From a virus, in IMG/VR virus record IMGVR_UViG_3300045988_017301: 50,202 nucleotides of DNA; one strand, given 5' to 3'. Below the pieces are notes generated by a model. It did no database searches, was not told the origin of the DNA, and worked only from the letters and a program-made list of their open reading frames with translations. Both the position numbers and the translations under genes were made by a program. How positions within the stretch are numbered: the first letter of the stretch is position 1; each line of letters starts with the position of its first letter. Shown here one piece after another: positions 1 through 10,153 of the stretch.

Positions 1-55
1 ACCGAACCGAAGGGCGACCGCCACAATCTCGACATTCTGCCATAATCCGTCACAG
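1..55. repeat. Exact 55-bp terminal overlap with 50148..50202. The window is a closed circle of about 50,147 bp linearised inside a gene.
   Basis: Both ends read accgaaccgaagggcgaccgccacaatctcgacattctgccataatccgtcacag. Confidence 0.95.
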
Positions 56-1155
56 CCGCCAGTGGATGTGCTTCCCTTGCACGGATGAACCGGAACTGCT
101 CCGAAGCCGGGAACGGTCTGGTACTTATGCGGATAGAAAATACCTGTTTTCTGTGTGCTTCCGTCATCGTTAAGCATCTTCGGAAGGCTGATGCCTGTAT
201 CCTGGTATTTTGCTCCGGTCGCATCGTAGGTGTAGTTCTTGCTGACCTTGTATCTGCCATTCACGAGCAATGTGTACGGGTCACGCATCCACTGCTGATA
301 TGTTCCAAGGACGATGGAGTGGAAGATCTTGTTGAGTGACTTCGCATCCTTTGTTCCGTAGAACTGTCCGCCACCTACGACTGCGTTCTGCTTCACTCCG
401 TTGGTCGGCGCAAGGCTCGCATCGTATCCGCTTGAATTTCCATAGCCGTATGCTTCCTGTGAGTTCGTGCTCTTTGCGAACATGATCAGAAGGTCAGTGA
501 TTGTCTGAACAATTCCGCCGCCGAGGAATGCTGCACGGCTTGAGAAGTTTGCGATTGCGGTATGCTCTTTGTCCGTGGTGTTATTGTAGCAAGGCTGCAA
601 TCCTGCTAGAGACACCATCTTTGGTGTGGAGGTATCTGCTCCGAGGATTGAACCGTAAAACATCGGAATCCATACACCCTCCAGTACATTGTTGCTCGGG
701 TCTTTAAATCCGACAGGCTCGAATCCGTCTCTTTCCCTCATGGAGAATTTAACGACACGGTCATTGCCGAGCATATACTCCTGCTTGTAAATCTTGGCAA
801 GCCACGAGAACGCTCCGCCGTTGTAGCTTGTGTTGGAAACGTCCGAAGCAGTGCCGTCCTCTTTCTTGGTGTAGTCGTTCTCATCCAGTCTGTAGTCCGG
901 TGTTCCGTCTGCCCTTACCATCCACGGCTTATTTGCCACGATGATCGGGAAGTCCGCCCAACTGTTGAGTGTCATTGTTCCGGTGTCCTTGTTGAGTGAA
1001 ATCGGAGTGAAGTCTTTGTTCTGTCCGATGTATTCGATTCGTGCTGTCGCACTTAAAACATCCATGTGCTCAATAAAGCCATAGATTCCGTCTGCGGATA
1101 AAATCGCATAGCACTTGTCGAGGGTTTCCTTGTCTGCGATGTACGTCTTTCCCAT
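1..1155 (-). CDS. DGR target protein, first 385 codons (distal tail-fibre / receptor-binding protein). The ORF runs off base 1 and continues at 50147 down to the stop at 50025, giving 425 aa on the closed circle.
   Basis: ATG at 1155 overlaps the upstream stop (TAATG). I checked codon by codon and found no stop in this frame down to base 1. It is absent from the ORF track because it has no in-window stop. It is the last gene of the fibre module. N-terminus MGKTYIADKETLDKCYAILSADGIYGF. Confidence 0.85.
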   Translation of the reverse strand, partial: MGKTYIADKETLDKCYAILSADGIYGFIEHMDVLSATARIEYIGQNKDFTPISLNKDTGTMTLNSWADFPIIVANKPWMVRADGTPDYRLDENDYTKKEDGTASDVSNTSYNGGAFSWLAKIYKQEYMLGNDRVVKFSMRERDGFEPVGFKDPSNNVLEGVWIPMFYGSILGADTSTPKMVSLAGLQPCYNNTTDKEHTAIANFSSRAAFLGGGIVQTITDLLIMFAKSTNSQEAYGYGNSSGYDASLAPTNGVKQNAVVGGGQFYGTKDAKSLNKIFHSIVLGTYQQWMRDPYTLLVNGRYKVSKNYTYDATGAKYQDTGISLPKMLNDDGSTQKTGIFYPHKYQTVPGFGAVPVHPCKGSTSTGGCDGLWQNVEIVAVALRFG

Positions 1156-1706
1156 TATTCCTCTACCTCCTCGTAGTATAAAAGTCCTTTATCCACACCA
1201 AGCACATACTTATCCCCAGTGGTCTGGTCGTAAAGGTACATACTGTTTGGTGTTACGATAGTTACATCTGTTGCGTTGGCGACCTCGGTTAAGAAGTCCA
1301 TGGTAATCGTGGACGGGAGGAGGTCGTTGTAAGCGGGCATATAATCCCACTGGTTTGCGACTCCGACTGCCAGTGCGTAGAGGATTTCCCCCTCGTCCGG
1401 GTCCTGTGCATAAATGCCGACCTCTTTCACGTAGTAGCCATTCTTAAGGTTTCCGGTGTCCTGCTTGTTTGTGATGATAAATTTCACATATACATTGGAC
1501 TGGTTCTGGGTCGTCACTGTAATCAGTGCGAACTCCTGCTTCTTGGATTTGAGAGCAGTTCTGTTTGTGAGTGCTTCGCCATCTGAATATGATCCGTCTC
1601 CGGTTGCGGCCTTGGTTAGTTTGATTGTGCATCTTCCTGCCTGTGCCTTGGCGAGCAGGGCGATTCCTTTGGCTGTCAGCACTGCTTCTTTGAATACTCC
1701 TGCCAT
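1155..1706 (-). CDS. Tail-fibre protein, baseplate-proximal module (P2 gpH N-terminus-like, tail-collar fibre type)
   Basis: N-terminus MAGVFKEAVLTAKGIALLAKAQAG..IKLTKAATGDG resembles the conserved phage fibre N-terminus. It follows the gpI-like gene. Confidence 0.7.
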   Translation of the reverse strand: MAGVFKEAVLTAKGIALLAKAQAGRCTIKLTKAATGDGSYSDGEALTNRTALKSKKQEFALITVTTQNQSNVYVKFIITNKQDTGNLKNGYYVKEVGIYAQDPDEGEILYALAVGVANQWDYMPAYNDLLPSTITMDFLTEVANATDVTIVTPNSMYLYDQTTGDKYVLGVDKGLLYYEEVEE

Positions 1707-1719
1707 CGTTGTTCCTCCT

Positions 1720-2637
1720 TTATGTTGTTATTTTGGAATGTGATGCCATTCCCACTGCCACCCTCGGCACAGTGCCGTGTACGCTTGCCTGTGTTCGCTG
1801 TGCTCCGTTTAGAATTGTGGTCTTGGTGTTTCTTACCACTATCGCTGCAAAACCGCTCACACCGCCCGACAGCGTGCCTGTGCGTGGGTTGACATTATTC
1901 CCGATAGTCTCATGCGGGGAACTTACTGCACCTGCTGCAGCGTTCCCTTCCATGCCGATATCTCCGGTGCGTCCTTCCGGGTGGTTTGTTACCGTTCTGG
2001 ACGGTGCGGAGGTTACGGCTGATGCAGCCGTCTCCTGCATGGTGTAATCGTTTGTGGTCTGGTGGTGGTTCAGCACCTGTTCTTTCGGACTGCTGACCAC
2101 CCCGGATGCCACTGTCTCATGTATCTCCATTTCTCGCTCCACCAGTATCCTGCGGATATGGGAGCGGGTGTTCTTTACTCTCTGAATGATGGAGAGGAAG
2201 TAATTTGCCATTTCCTCTGTCATTCTGGCATTGGTTATGATGTCGAATGTTCCGGGGGTGTATGGACCCTCGGTGTAATCGAACCATTCCTCTGTCCTGC
2301 CTTCCCCGAATACAATCTCTATCAGTTCTGATACCGCACTCGGAGTTCCTGCCTTGGTGTGCCACAGGAGCGTCCTCTTTATGATGTTGCGTTTGGTTTC
2401 CAGATTCATGCTCTCCTGGTAGTATGGTGTCCTTAGTTCCACCGCCAGTACATCCAGTATCCGCTCCGGCAGTTCATCAATGACTGCCATAGTTCTGGTA
2501 TGCGCTGCCAGCCGGAGCATCCTCTGGTGTTCCTGCTGCACTGCGTAGGATATGCAGCGCACCTCAGTGCTCTGTGCTATCTTCCATGGCAGGAGGTCTG
2601 TGATCTGTCCGTCATATAAACTAATCATTCTCAACAC
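1720..2637 (-). CDS. Baseplate/tail protein, P2 gpI-like (XkdU-type)
   Basis: Position directly after the baseplate J gene. N-terminal half (..DLLPWKIAQSTEV..VLAVELRTPYY..) is gpI-like. Confidence 0.6.
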   Translation of the reverse strand: MLRMISLYDGQITDLLPWKIAQSTEVRCISYAVQQEHQRMLRLAAHTRTMAVIDELPERILDVLAVELRTPYYQESMNLETKRNIIKRTLLWHTKAGTPSAVSELIEIVFGEGRTEEWFDYTEGPYTPGTFDIITNARMTEEMANYFLSIIQRVKNTRSHIRRILVEREMEIHETVASGVVSSPKEQVLNHHQTTNDYTMQETAASAVTSAPSRTVTNHPEGRTGDIGMEGNAAAGAVSSPHETIGNNVNPRTGTLSGGVSGFAAIVVRNTKTTILNGAQRTQASVHGTVPRVAVGMASHSKITT

Positions 2638-3775
2638 CTCCGTATGTCACGGTCTGCGTTCCTATCCTTGCGACACTGGTATCCGGCACGGTTGTAAATA
2701 CCGGAGAGGTTATCTCCGCCCTCTTTGCTCCGGCTGCCACGATCCGTTTCATGAGTTCTGAAGGGTTGATATCTCTGCCGATGGTTCTGGTCTGCCATTC
2801 GATATAGTCAGCCACCGCCTGTGCCACCTCCGCCTGTATAGTTCCTGCCTTGGACTGGTCACTCAAATTTACATAGTATGTGAATGCAATGTTGAATTTG
2901 ACCGTCTCCGGTGCGAGCACGGTTACCTTGTCGGTAAGCGGGCGGATGTTTTCATCCTGCAGGTATGCTGCCACTCCGTCTATGACAGTCTTTGTCGGGA
3001 GTTCTCCGTCCGTCATAATGAAACGGATTTCTACCTCTACCGGGTTCGGACTGGTTACCTTTACATCTCCGATGGTCTGGCTGTAGGTCTTTGTCCAGTA
3101 TTTGTATGCATCGTCCGGTCCTGCGACACTGTATCCGCTTGGTGCGAGGAATATCCTCTCTGCAAGGCTCTCGTCTGATTCGAGGTCTGCTCCACCGCTT
3201 GTCTTGGTCGTGTTGCTTACGCTCTCCACATACGGTATCAAATCAACCAGTACATTGACCTGCCCCGGCAGCAGTTCGTTTCCGTCCACTCCGTTCTCGG
3301 TGCAGAGTGCCCTCACATCTACATAGGTTTCCCCTGCGGGGATTTCCTCGTATCCTACTGTGGCGAAGTAGTTGAGGTTGCCGTCCGTGACCTTTGTTCC
3401 TTCCGGTATGCCTACGGCTGCAGGCCGCTTCTCTGAAAGAGTGAACCTCAGTGTTGTTTCCGCAGGGGACGGCTGCTTTCTGGTTACTCCCCTGCCTGCT
3501 CCGAGGTTGTCGAGGAATTCGCCGTAGGAGTATTTGATTAAGTCCTGCTTTCCGGCTCTGTCTATGTACTGTTCGTCCTGGTATAATTCCAGTGCGATGG
3601 CATATAGCATGATGCGGTTCGGATCTGAAGGAGAGAGCGTTATCTCCTGTCCTGTGATGCGCTTCCATTCGCTCTCAAAGTTTGCCACCATTCTTGTTTT
3701 CATTGCTTCCAGTGTGTCATTGTCAATGAACGACACCTCTGGGAGGTCTTTTACGCTTTGGATTGTGTCAGACAT
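2621..3775 (-). CDS. Baseplate J-like protein
   Basis: 384 aa, lying between the gpW-like and gpI-like genes. Size and order match P2 J / PBSX XkdT. Confidence 0.8.
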   Translation of the reverse strand: MSDTIQSVKDLPEVSFIDNDTLEAMKTRMVANFESEWKRITGQEITLSPSDPNRIMLYAIALELYQDEQYIDRAGKQDLIKYSYGEFLDNLGAGRGVTRKQPSPAETTLRFTLSEKRPAAVGIPEGTKVTDGNLNYFATVGYEEIPAGETYVDVRALCTENGVDGNELLPGQVNVLVDLIPYVESVSNTTKTSGGADLESDESLAERIFLAPSGYSVAGPDDAYKYWTKTYSQTIGDVKVTSPNPVEVEIRFIMTDGELPTKTVIDGVAAYLQDENIRPLTDKVTVLAPETVKFNIAFTYYVNLSDQSKAGTIQAEVAQAVADYIEWQTRTIGRDINPSELMKRIVAAGAKRAEITSPVFTTVPDTSVARIGTQTVTYGGVEND

Positions 3776-4070
3776 TTGTTATTACCACCTCCGCCTGCAA
3801 CTGCCCATCCTCATTGAATGAGAAGTTGATATCTTTTACTGTTGCCCTCGGCTCGTACCGGTCCGTCTTGTCGATGATCTCCACTGCGAACTGGCTCTTT
3901 GCCACATCCATCGGCATCCCTACGAAGTCCGTGTTCAGACCGAATTCCCGGTCAAGTGGGCACGTTCCCTCTGCCGTCTGGTATAAGCATTCCAGACATC
4001 TTTTAATATCTGCGATGTCCCCGCTTGCGTAGTCAAAGGCTACGGTTATGTGTTTTAAGTCTATTGTCAT
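3768..4070 (-). CDS. Baseplate wedge protein, gpW/gp25-like
   Basis: Start moved to MTIDLKH (ATG 4070), preceded by AGGGAGGG. About 100 aa, immediately upstream of J. Confidence 0.65.
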   Translation of the reverse strand: MTIDLKHITVAFDYASGDIADIKRCLECLYQTAEGTCPLDREFGLNTDFVGMPMDVAKSQFAVEIIDKTDRYEPRATVKDINFSFNEDGQLQAEVVITNV

Positions 4071-4083
4071 TCCGCTGCCCTCC

Positions 4084-4482
4084 CTACAGATATTCTTCCA
4101 ATGAAAGATTGACATCCATCTTCTGGATTTCCCCAGTACCCATAACAACAAGGTTTGACTGGGTGGCCTGTGTGATCTTCCACCTGTTCGACCCTACGGC
4201 ATGGTTTCCGATGACCAGTTTCTCCACTCTTCCCTGTTGCACTGCTTTTGTGATTTCGTGGAATGTTTTCCATGGCTTCACTCCATGCTGTGCGTTCAGT
4301 ACGACCTTGAATTGTACGGTCATCAGTTCTGGGTTGAGGAATTCTGACTGCGGCTTTTTCCCGATGCGCTCATGCTTCGCCCAGTTTGCTGATATGGTTC
4401 TCTGGTAGTCTGTGAAGTTGAGGATTCTGCTGTCGCTCGTTTCAAAGACAATCAGTTTTCCAAAGTTTCCTATTCTTCCCAT
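4084..4482 (-). CDS. Tail/baseplate protein, possibly P2 GpU-like
   Basis: 132-aa ORF within the baseplate block. Pattern ..WAKHERIGKKPQSEFLNP..VQFKVVL..GVKP.. resembles GpU-family proteins. Confidence 0.45.
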   Translation of the reverse strand: MGRIGNFGKLIVFETSDSRILNFTDYQRTISANWAKHERIGKKPQSEFLNPELMTVQFKVVLNAQHGVKPWKTFHEITKAVQQGRVEKLVIGNHAVGSNRWKITQATQSNLVVMGTGEIQKMDVNLSLEEYL

Positions 4483-4486
4483 CCCA

Positions 4487-5032
4487 TCAACCTCCCAGTG
4501 CCTTTACTCTTTTTTCCAATGCGTCCAACTGTTCCTGCAGGGACGGCTTTCCTTTTGTCTTGGCTGTGTCATCCTGCAGGTTGGATATCCCGGTCTTGTT
4601 ATCATCAATGTCCGAGAACGCATCGTTTATCTGTTCCAGTGTCACATACGGCTTGTCCTCGTATCCGTACCCTTCGAATTCTATCTTCGGGGCACGCAGG
4701 ATTATTGTCTGCTTCTTTTCTGAATAGGACATGACTGCTTCATTCACATTGTTGCTCATCTCCTGCCGGAAGATGCCTGCGCCACCCTCATGTGGTGTGT
4801 TCGCTGAATTATACACCGGTCCGAGTATGACCCCGGACACCGTGCCGTTGGAAAAGCAAGCCACGACCACGAGGTCGTCTACCTTTGGTATGTTGTACTG
4901 CAGGGCGAGGAATGGAAGCTCGCTTGTCACGGAGTCGTCTCTGTCCTCATACACCACTCTGGCTTTCCCTGCTGTGTAATTGATTGAGGATATCTTCCCC
5001 AGTCTGATTGTCGCTGCTGCCATGCTCTCCAC
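4487..5032 (-). CDS. Baseplate central spike, gpV / Mu gp45-like
   Basis: N-terminal RLGKISSINYTAGKARVVYEDRD..LPFL resembles the OB-fold spike. Position after the gpD-like gene. Confidence 0.6.
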   Translation of the reverse strand: MESMAAATIRLGKISSINYTAGKARVVYEDRDDSVTSELPFLALQYNIPKVDDLVVVACFSNGTVSGVILGPVYNSANTPHEGGAGIFRQEMSNNVNEAVMSYSEKKQTIILRAPKIEFEGYGYEDKPYVTLEQINDAFSDIDDNKTGISNLQDDTAKTKGKPSLQEQLDALEKRVKALGG

Positions 5033-5036
5033 CTCC

Positions 5037-6356
5037 TTAGTTTGGGTTTATCCATGACCCCGGCACTCCTGCCTTGGTCGTTAGATTCAGCATACCCTGT
5101 GAAATGTTGAATATCGTATATGTTCCAGGTCGTCTTGTACCTGTCGGGTGTCCTCCAGTTACCTTGCCTGCCAGTGCTTCGGCTGCGGTGTAGTAACCCT
5201 TTTTCGTAGTGGTCAGTGTGTACTTTCCGCCCTTTACTGGTGTCTGCGTTCCTGTGGACTTCGTTGCCGTGGTAGTCGCTGTGGAGGACTTTGTCTCCGT
5301 CTTTGACTTCTTTGCCACAGCCTTGGTCGATGATTTGGCATCCGTGAAGCGATCCGCCACTCTCCGAAGGTCGAGTTTCTGCTTACATCCGCTTCCGATA
5401 TCCCATGTGACCTTTTCCACATAGTACTTGCCGTCCAATTTTCCGAAGCCTTTTATGGTCACGCAGGAGGTCGCTATGATCTTCCTGTTGGCTCTGGTCA
5501 TTGTTACCGACATGGTTGTGTCGCCCTTGTTGGCTTCATTGATTTTTGCCAGTGTAATGCGCTCTGCTTCCGATGCGTTGCTCGCTGCATCCGTGACCTT
5601 CAGTATCCTGTTTCCGCCACCGACCTCGACCTTTATCGTCTGGTTCTTATCATTGTTGGTGTACTCATATTTCGCCCCGGTGTAGGTTCTGCACAATTTT
5701 GTGTTCCATGACCAGTTCGGTTCTATGTTCTGTTCCGTCAGCGTTGCCACTGATTTCTTTTTCTCATAGGTGGCTTCGTTAAACACCACGATTTTGTTTT
5801 TATATATCTTCATGGCGAAGCCGTAGAGTTTTACCAACTCGTTATAGAATGAGCAGTCATCCTTCTCGCTCTGCTCCACCTTTTCTATTGGTATCCTTGG
5901 TGCTTCATAGTACAGTTTGATGCCCGCCCGCTTTGCGACTTCCTGTCCGATATTCTCCAAGGTTGTTTTCTCATATGTTTTTGTTCTCTGTGTTTCCTTG
6001 AAGCTGCTGTCTGCCGGAAGTGCCAACGCTTCCAGTTTCAGCTTGACTGGTGTTCCAGAAAAACTGAAATCATCAATCACAAAAGACCCGCAGCTTAATT
6101 TCTGCGTATCTCCCTCTTTGCTCCAGTTTTTCATAATAATCGTGGCCGCCATAGTGTCTCCCTTGCTTGGAAACCATGACTTGATCCACTTCCTGTCTCT
6201 GTCATTGATGTTGAGGGAGAGGCTGTCGCTCTCTCCCGATGCAACATCTGTGTAACTGAATGACTGGAGGTACTCTGCGAGTTTGGTATCGATCCGCTTT
6301 CCGTTATATGAAACGGAGGCGGTTGCTTTCCTTGGGTCCATGCTTAATCCCTCCAT
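5037..6356 (-). CDS. Tail protein gpD-like (late control D / XkdQ-like) with an extra C-terminal domain
   Basis: 439 aa following the tape measure and LysM protein. N-terminus ..ASVSYNGKRIDTKLAEYLQSFSYTD..SDSLSL is gpD-like. Confidence 0.65.
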   Translation of the reverse strand: MEGLSMDPRKATASVSYNGKRIDTKLAEYLQSFSYTDVASGESDSLSLNINDRDRKWIKSWFPSKGDTMAATIIMKNWSKEGDTQKLSCGSFVIDDFSFSGTPVKLKLEALALPADSSFKETQRTKTYEKTTLENIGQEVAKRAGIKLYYEAPRIPIEKVEQSEKDDCSFYNELVKLYGFAMKIYKNKIVVFNEATYEKKKSVATLTEQNIEPNWSWNTKLCRTYTGAKYEYTNNDKNQTIKVEVGGGNRILKVTDAASNASEAERITLAKINEANKGDTTMSVTMTRANRKIIATSCVTIKGFGKLDGKYYVEKVTWDIGSGCKQKLDLRRVADRFTDAKSSTKAVAKKSKTETKSSTATTTATKSTGTQTPVKGGKYTLTTTKKGYYTAAEALAGKVTGGHPTGTRRPGTYTIFNISQGMLNLTTKAGVPGSWINPN

Positions 6357-6547
6357 ATTGGCAGATCTTCGTCTACCTCATCTGCCAGTTCCGGTGTGGC
6401 GAGAGTGACCCCGCCCGGGAATACCAGGTATTCCAGTAACAGGCGGTTGTTCTCCATGAGGTATCCTGCGTACTTCTCATCTCCGTAGACCTGGTACGCT
6501 ATCTTATCCCATGTGTCGCCCTGCACCGTTTCGTATGTGCCTGCCAT
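6344..6547 (-). CDS. LysM-like tail protein X (XkdP-like)
   Basis: 67 aa. YETVQGDTWDKIAYQVYGDE is a LysM-type motif. Lies directly after the tape measure. Confidence 0.7.
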   Translation of the reverse strand: MAGTYETVQGDTWDKIAYQVYGDEKYAGYLMENNRLLLEYLVFPGGVTLATPELADEVDEDLPIWRD

Positions 6548-6559
6548 TCTCTCGCCTCC

Positions 6560-9500
6560 TTAGAACCTCTTTCTGTCGTTGTCACGCTGCCACTGCTCCA
6601 TCATTTCATTGAATTCTGCTTGTGACATACGCTCTGCTTCCACCAGATCATCCTTCGTAGGTGCTGCGCCGTTGAAGTTATATACTGGTGCGTAGTTTAT
6701 TGGTGCTCCGTTTGCTGTCGCAGGTTGCGGTTCGTTTCCACCGCCACTCAGTCTGTCGAGCAGACCGGATATTGGTGTCTGCGTGCTTCCCTGCATTGCT
6801 GCCCCGACCTTATCCACCAGTGCCGACAGTGCGTTGCCTGCGCCACCGTTCTGGCTCTCTGCGAGAATGCCTTTTAGGATGGTCGTCATTTTCTCCCATA
6901 ACTGGGAAAGAGGCACGATTGCTTCTGGTCCTGCTTCTCCGCCTGCCATTAAGTTTCCGCTTTCCGGATTGATTCCGAATGCGGTAGGCTGCGTCATAAT
7001 ACCACCATTTTTGTACCATTCGATTGAGAACTTAGGCAGTGAGCCTTTTCCTGCGATACCGTATGGTGCTTGTCCTCCACTTACACTGATGTGTGGGAGG
7101 TTGAGGTGCGGCAGTGACCACTTGAAGTTAAATGCTCCCTTGATTTTGTCCAGTGCTCCGGTTACCACGCTTTTCGCTGCTTCCAGTTTGTCACTGAATG
7201 CCTGCTTGATATTCCCAAGGACATTCGTGACGGCTGTTTGGGCTGCGTTCAGTTTGTTTGTGAATACACTTGTAATGGAGGATAATTTTCCTCCCGTCAA
7301 TGTATCCACGGTGCTCATCACACTGGAGAAGGTGCTTTGTACTCCTGCCATTGCTCCTGCGACCACTCCCTTAATGCCTCCACCTGCGCTGTCATACGCA
7401 GATTTCATGGCATCGAGTTTTGCCCCTACATTTGCTCTGGCTGTTTCCATGAGGTTTCCGGCTGTGTCTTTGACATTGTTGAATGCTTCCGAAACGCTCG
7501 CCTTTACCTCGCCCATCTTGGATGTGAACTTATCCTTGATGGCTGATAACTTTCCGCCTGTCAGATTGTCTATGAATGTGTATCCGGCTGTGTAATATCC
7601 TTTGACACCCTCGACCGCTGCGGCTGCTACACCCTTGATTCCGCCACCGTGTTGCTCGTATGCGGTTTTCATGTTGTTCAGCTTTTCGCTTACAGTGTCC
7701 TTGGCTGCCTGTAATACTGTACCTGCCGTCTGCTTCACATTGTTCCAACATTCGGACGCTTTTTCTTTAATTGCCGTCAGCTTTCCGCCTGTGGCTGTGT
7801 CTATGGCATTAAATGCTCCGGTTACTACACCCTTCAGTGCGTTCAAAGGAGCGAGTGCCAACGATTTCAGCGCATTAAATGCTCCGAGGAAGATGTTTTT
7901 CAGTCCATCCAGTGCCCTGCTCCAGTCTCCGGTAAATACCCCGGCTACGAAGTCAATGATTCCCTGGAATACCTGTTTCACTCCGTCAATTACTCCCTTG
8001 ACGGTTGTCCACCATCCATCAAATACACCCTTGATAAATTCGAAGGCTACCGGGAATTTATCTTTGAAACCGTCCACCGCATTGCAGACCGCATCTTTCA
8101 ATGCGGAGAACTTTGCGGAGATCCACTCTCCGAGTTGCCCTGCCTTTTCCTTTACCGTATCCCAGTTTTTATACAGTAATACACCGATAGCGATTACTGC
8201 TCCGATTGCCAGAATTACTAAGCCAATCGGACTGGTTAAGAATGTAAACGCTGCACCCAGTGCGGTCGTTACCGATGTCGCCGCCGTGCAGACCACGTTC
8301 CATGCGGTTGTGGCTGCTGTTTGTGCCCATGTTGCTGCTGTGGATGCTGCTTTCACGATTGCGTCCTTGGCATATAGTGCGTTCAGATACAATGTTTCCG
8401 CTTTATCCTTTATCTTGGCTACCCGAAGCAGTGTCATTGCCTTGGTAACCTTTGCGATCTCTATCGCTGTTTTCGCAAGTTTAAATCCTGCGATGGCTGT
8501 CGCCAGTGTGGTCACGGTAGGTATAAAACCTTTCCATTCCACGAATTTGTCAAGTACATTTGCCGCTGCGCCCAGTACATCCAATAGTGCCCCGACCAGT
8601 GCCGGAAGTCCTCCGCTTACCAGACTGCTTGCATCATCACTTGCGCCCCCGAAGGCTTCCGAGAATTTCTGCTGCACATCTGATAACAAATCCATGATTG
8701 CCTGTAGCTGTGGCTCATGCTCTGCGATTGTATCTTTTAATCCGCCCAGTGTTGCTTCGGCGGTGCTTCCTATCCATCCAATGAATGACTGGAAATCATC
8801 CCACAGGTTCTGGATCACTCCAAGGAATGTCTGTACGCTTCCGGGCAGTTCTACACCGAAATCTTCCGACAGTGTTGACGAGAATGCTTCGGAGAAACTC
8901 TGACCGTCCACTATCTTTCCGACAAAATCCAGAACACCGCCTGCCATCTGACCGACTCCGTTCATGAATTCTTGGATTGGTAGTTTCTGAATGAGTTCGC
9001 TGAACCCTGCCGTAATATCCGGGATTTTCAATGCCACCGCATCTATGATCTGCATCGCATACGGTCCGAAGTCCTCTACCATGCTTATCTTTAGGTCGCT
9101 GATTGCCGACTGGAATCGTGCCAGTGCGCCTTGTAATGTTCCGGTCGCTGTTGCATCCATTGCATCCAGTGCGCCAGTTGAATTGTCGATTGCTCCGGCG
9201 AGTTCATCCCATGCTGATGCAGAGCCGTTTACTCCCTCTTTTACTCCGTCCAGTAAGTAACCAAACTGTGAGTAGTAGTTCGTTCCGGCAATTGCTGACA
9301 TATAGGAGTTTTTCTGCTCCTGCGTCATTCCTGCCATTGCACCGTTTAGGTCCACGAGGATATCCCTCATGTTCCTCATTTCCCCGGAACTGTCGTAAAC
9401 TGCGACACCTAAATCCTTGAATGCCTTTTGTGCTACATCTTTGGTGCTGATTCGTACAAGCATTGAGTTCAACGCTGTACCTGCTTCACTGCCCTTGATA

Positions 9501-10153
9501 CCGTTGTTCGCCAAGATTCCGAGTGCTGTGGAGGTTTCCTTGTAGTTCATACCTGCGGCTCTGGCTGCACCACCGCATCCGATGAATGCATCCATAAGGT
9601 CTGCAGCCGTGGTATTCGCCTTGTTGTTGGTTGTTACGATAACATCGAGGTATCCCTGTAAGTCATCTATTCCAACTCCCATGGCACTCATAGAATCTGT
9701 TACCTGGTCACTGGTGGTAGCAAGGTCTGCCTGCGTTGCTTCTGCGAGTTTAAGCACTGGTGTTAAGGCTGCGGTACTTTCTTCCACATTCCATCCCGCC
9801 AGTGCCATATATCCCAAGGCATCGGCCGCCTCCGAAGCCGTGAAGGTTGTCGCTTTACCTGCTTCTCTGGCCGCAGCAGACAGTTTCGCATAATCGTCCG
9901 CAGATGCCCCTGCGATAGCAGAGGTGTTTGCCATTGCCTGTTCAAATTCCGCATACTCATCAACCGCACCGGATATGAAGTCTCCGACCTTAACGGCTGC
10001 GAATGCTGCGGCTGCCACTGCTGCGGCTTTCTTAGCAACGCTCGCTATTTTGTTTAATCCGTCCTCGGTTACTCCGAGACTTTGCTTGAAAGAGTTTTCG
10101 ACCTTGCCTGCGATTTTAATGGCGAGTTCCTGCTCTTTGCTGCTGCTTGCCAA
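6560..10153 (-). CDS. Tail tape measure protein
   Basis: 1197 aa, Ala/Gly-rich and helical, with a central hydrophobic segment. Follows the frameshifted chaperone. Confidence 0.9.
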   Translation of the reverse strand: MASSSKEQELAIKIAGKVENSFKQSLGVTEDGLNKIASVAKKAAAVAAAAFAAVKVGDFISGAVDEYAEFEQAMANTSAIAGASADDYAKLSAAAREAGKATTFTASEAADALGYMALAGWNVEESTAALTPVLKLAEATQADLATTSDQVTDSMSAMGVGIDDLQGYLDVIVTTNNKANTTAADLMDAFIGCGGAARAAGMNYKETSTALGILANNGIKGSEAGTALNSMLVRISTKDVAQKAFKDLGVAVYDSSGEMRNMRDILVDLNGAMAGMTQEQKNSYMSAIAGTNYYSQFGYLLDGVKEGVNGSASAWDELAGAIDNSTGALDAMDATATGTLQGALARFQSAISDLKISMVEDFGPYAMQIIDAVALKIPDITAGFSELIQKLPIQEFMNGVGQMAGGVLDFVGKIVDGQSFSEAFSSTLSEDFGVELPGSVQTFLGVIQNLWDDFQSFIGWIGSTAEATLGGLKDTIAEHEPQLQAIMDLLSDVQQKFSEAFGGASDDASSLVSGGLPALVGALLDVLGAAANVLDKFVEWKGFIPTVTTLATAIAGFKLAKTAIEIAKVTKAMTLLRVAKIKDKAETLYLNALYAKDAIVKAASTAATWAQTAATTAWNVVCTAATSVTTALGAAFTFLTSPIGLVILAIGAVIAIGVLLYKNWDTVKEKAGQLGEWISAKFSALKDAVCNAVDGFKDKFPVAFEFIKGVFDGWWTTVKGVIDGVKQVFQGIIDFVAGVFTGDWSRALDGLKNIFLGAFNALKSLALAPLNALKGVVTGAFNAIDTATGGKLTAIKEKASECWNNVKQTAGTVLQAAKDTVSEKLNNMKTAYEQHGGGIKGVAAAAVEGVKGYYTAGYTFIDNLTGGKLSAIKDKFTSKMGEVKASVSEAFNNVKDTAGNLMETARANVGAKLDAMKSAYDSAGGGIKGVVAGAMAGVQSTFSSVMSTVDTLTGGKLSSITSVFTNKLNAAQTAVTNVLGNIKQAFSDKLEAAKSVVTGALDKIKGAFNFKWSLPHLNLPHISVSGGQAPYGIAGKGSLPKFSIEWYKNGGIMTQPTAFGINPESGNLMAGGEAGPEAIVPLSQLWEKMTTILKGILAESQNGGAGNALSALVDKVGAAMQGSTQTPISGLLDRLSGGGNEPQPATANGAPINYAPVYNFNGAAPTKDDLVEAERMSQAEFNEMMEQWQRDNDRKRF
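7136..7805 (-). repeat. Three tandem, diverged repeats of about 60-88 aa inside the tape measure (TGGKL(T/S)(A/S)I..)
   Basis: Protein repeats ATGGKLTAIKEK.., LTGGKLSAIKDK.., LTGGKLSSITSV... Coordinates were back-calculated from the C-terminus and are approximate. Confidence 0.6.

Noticed and set aside
7602-8903. A 433-aa plus-strand ORF and many other long plus-strand ORFs (e.g. 6783..7595, 29290..30051, 39664..40503, 41882..42670)
   Set aside because: They lie antisense to strongly supported minus-strand genes such as the tape measure, primase and methyltransferase. They are low-complexity Ser/Ala/Cys/Leu-rich shadows with no RBS or family motifs.
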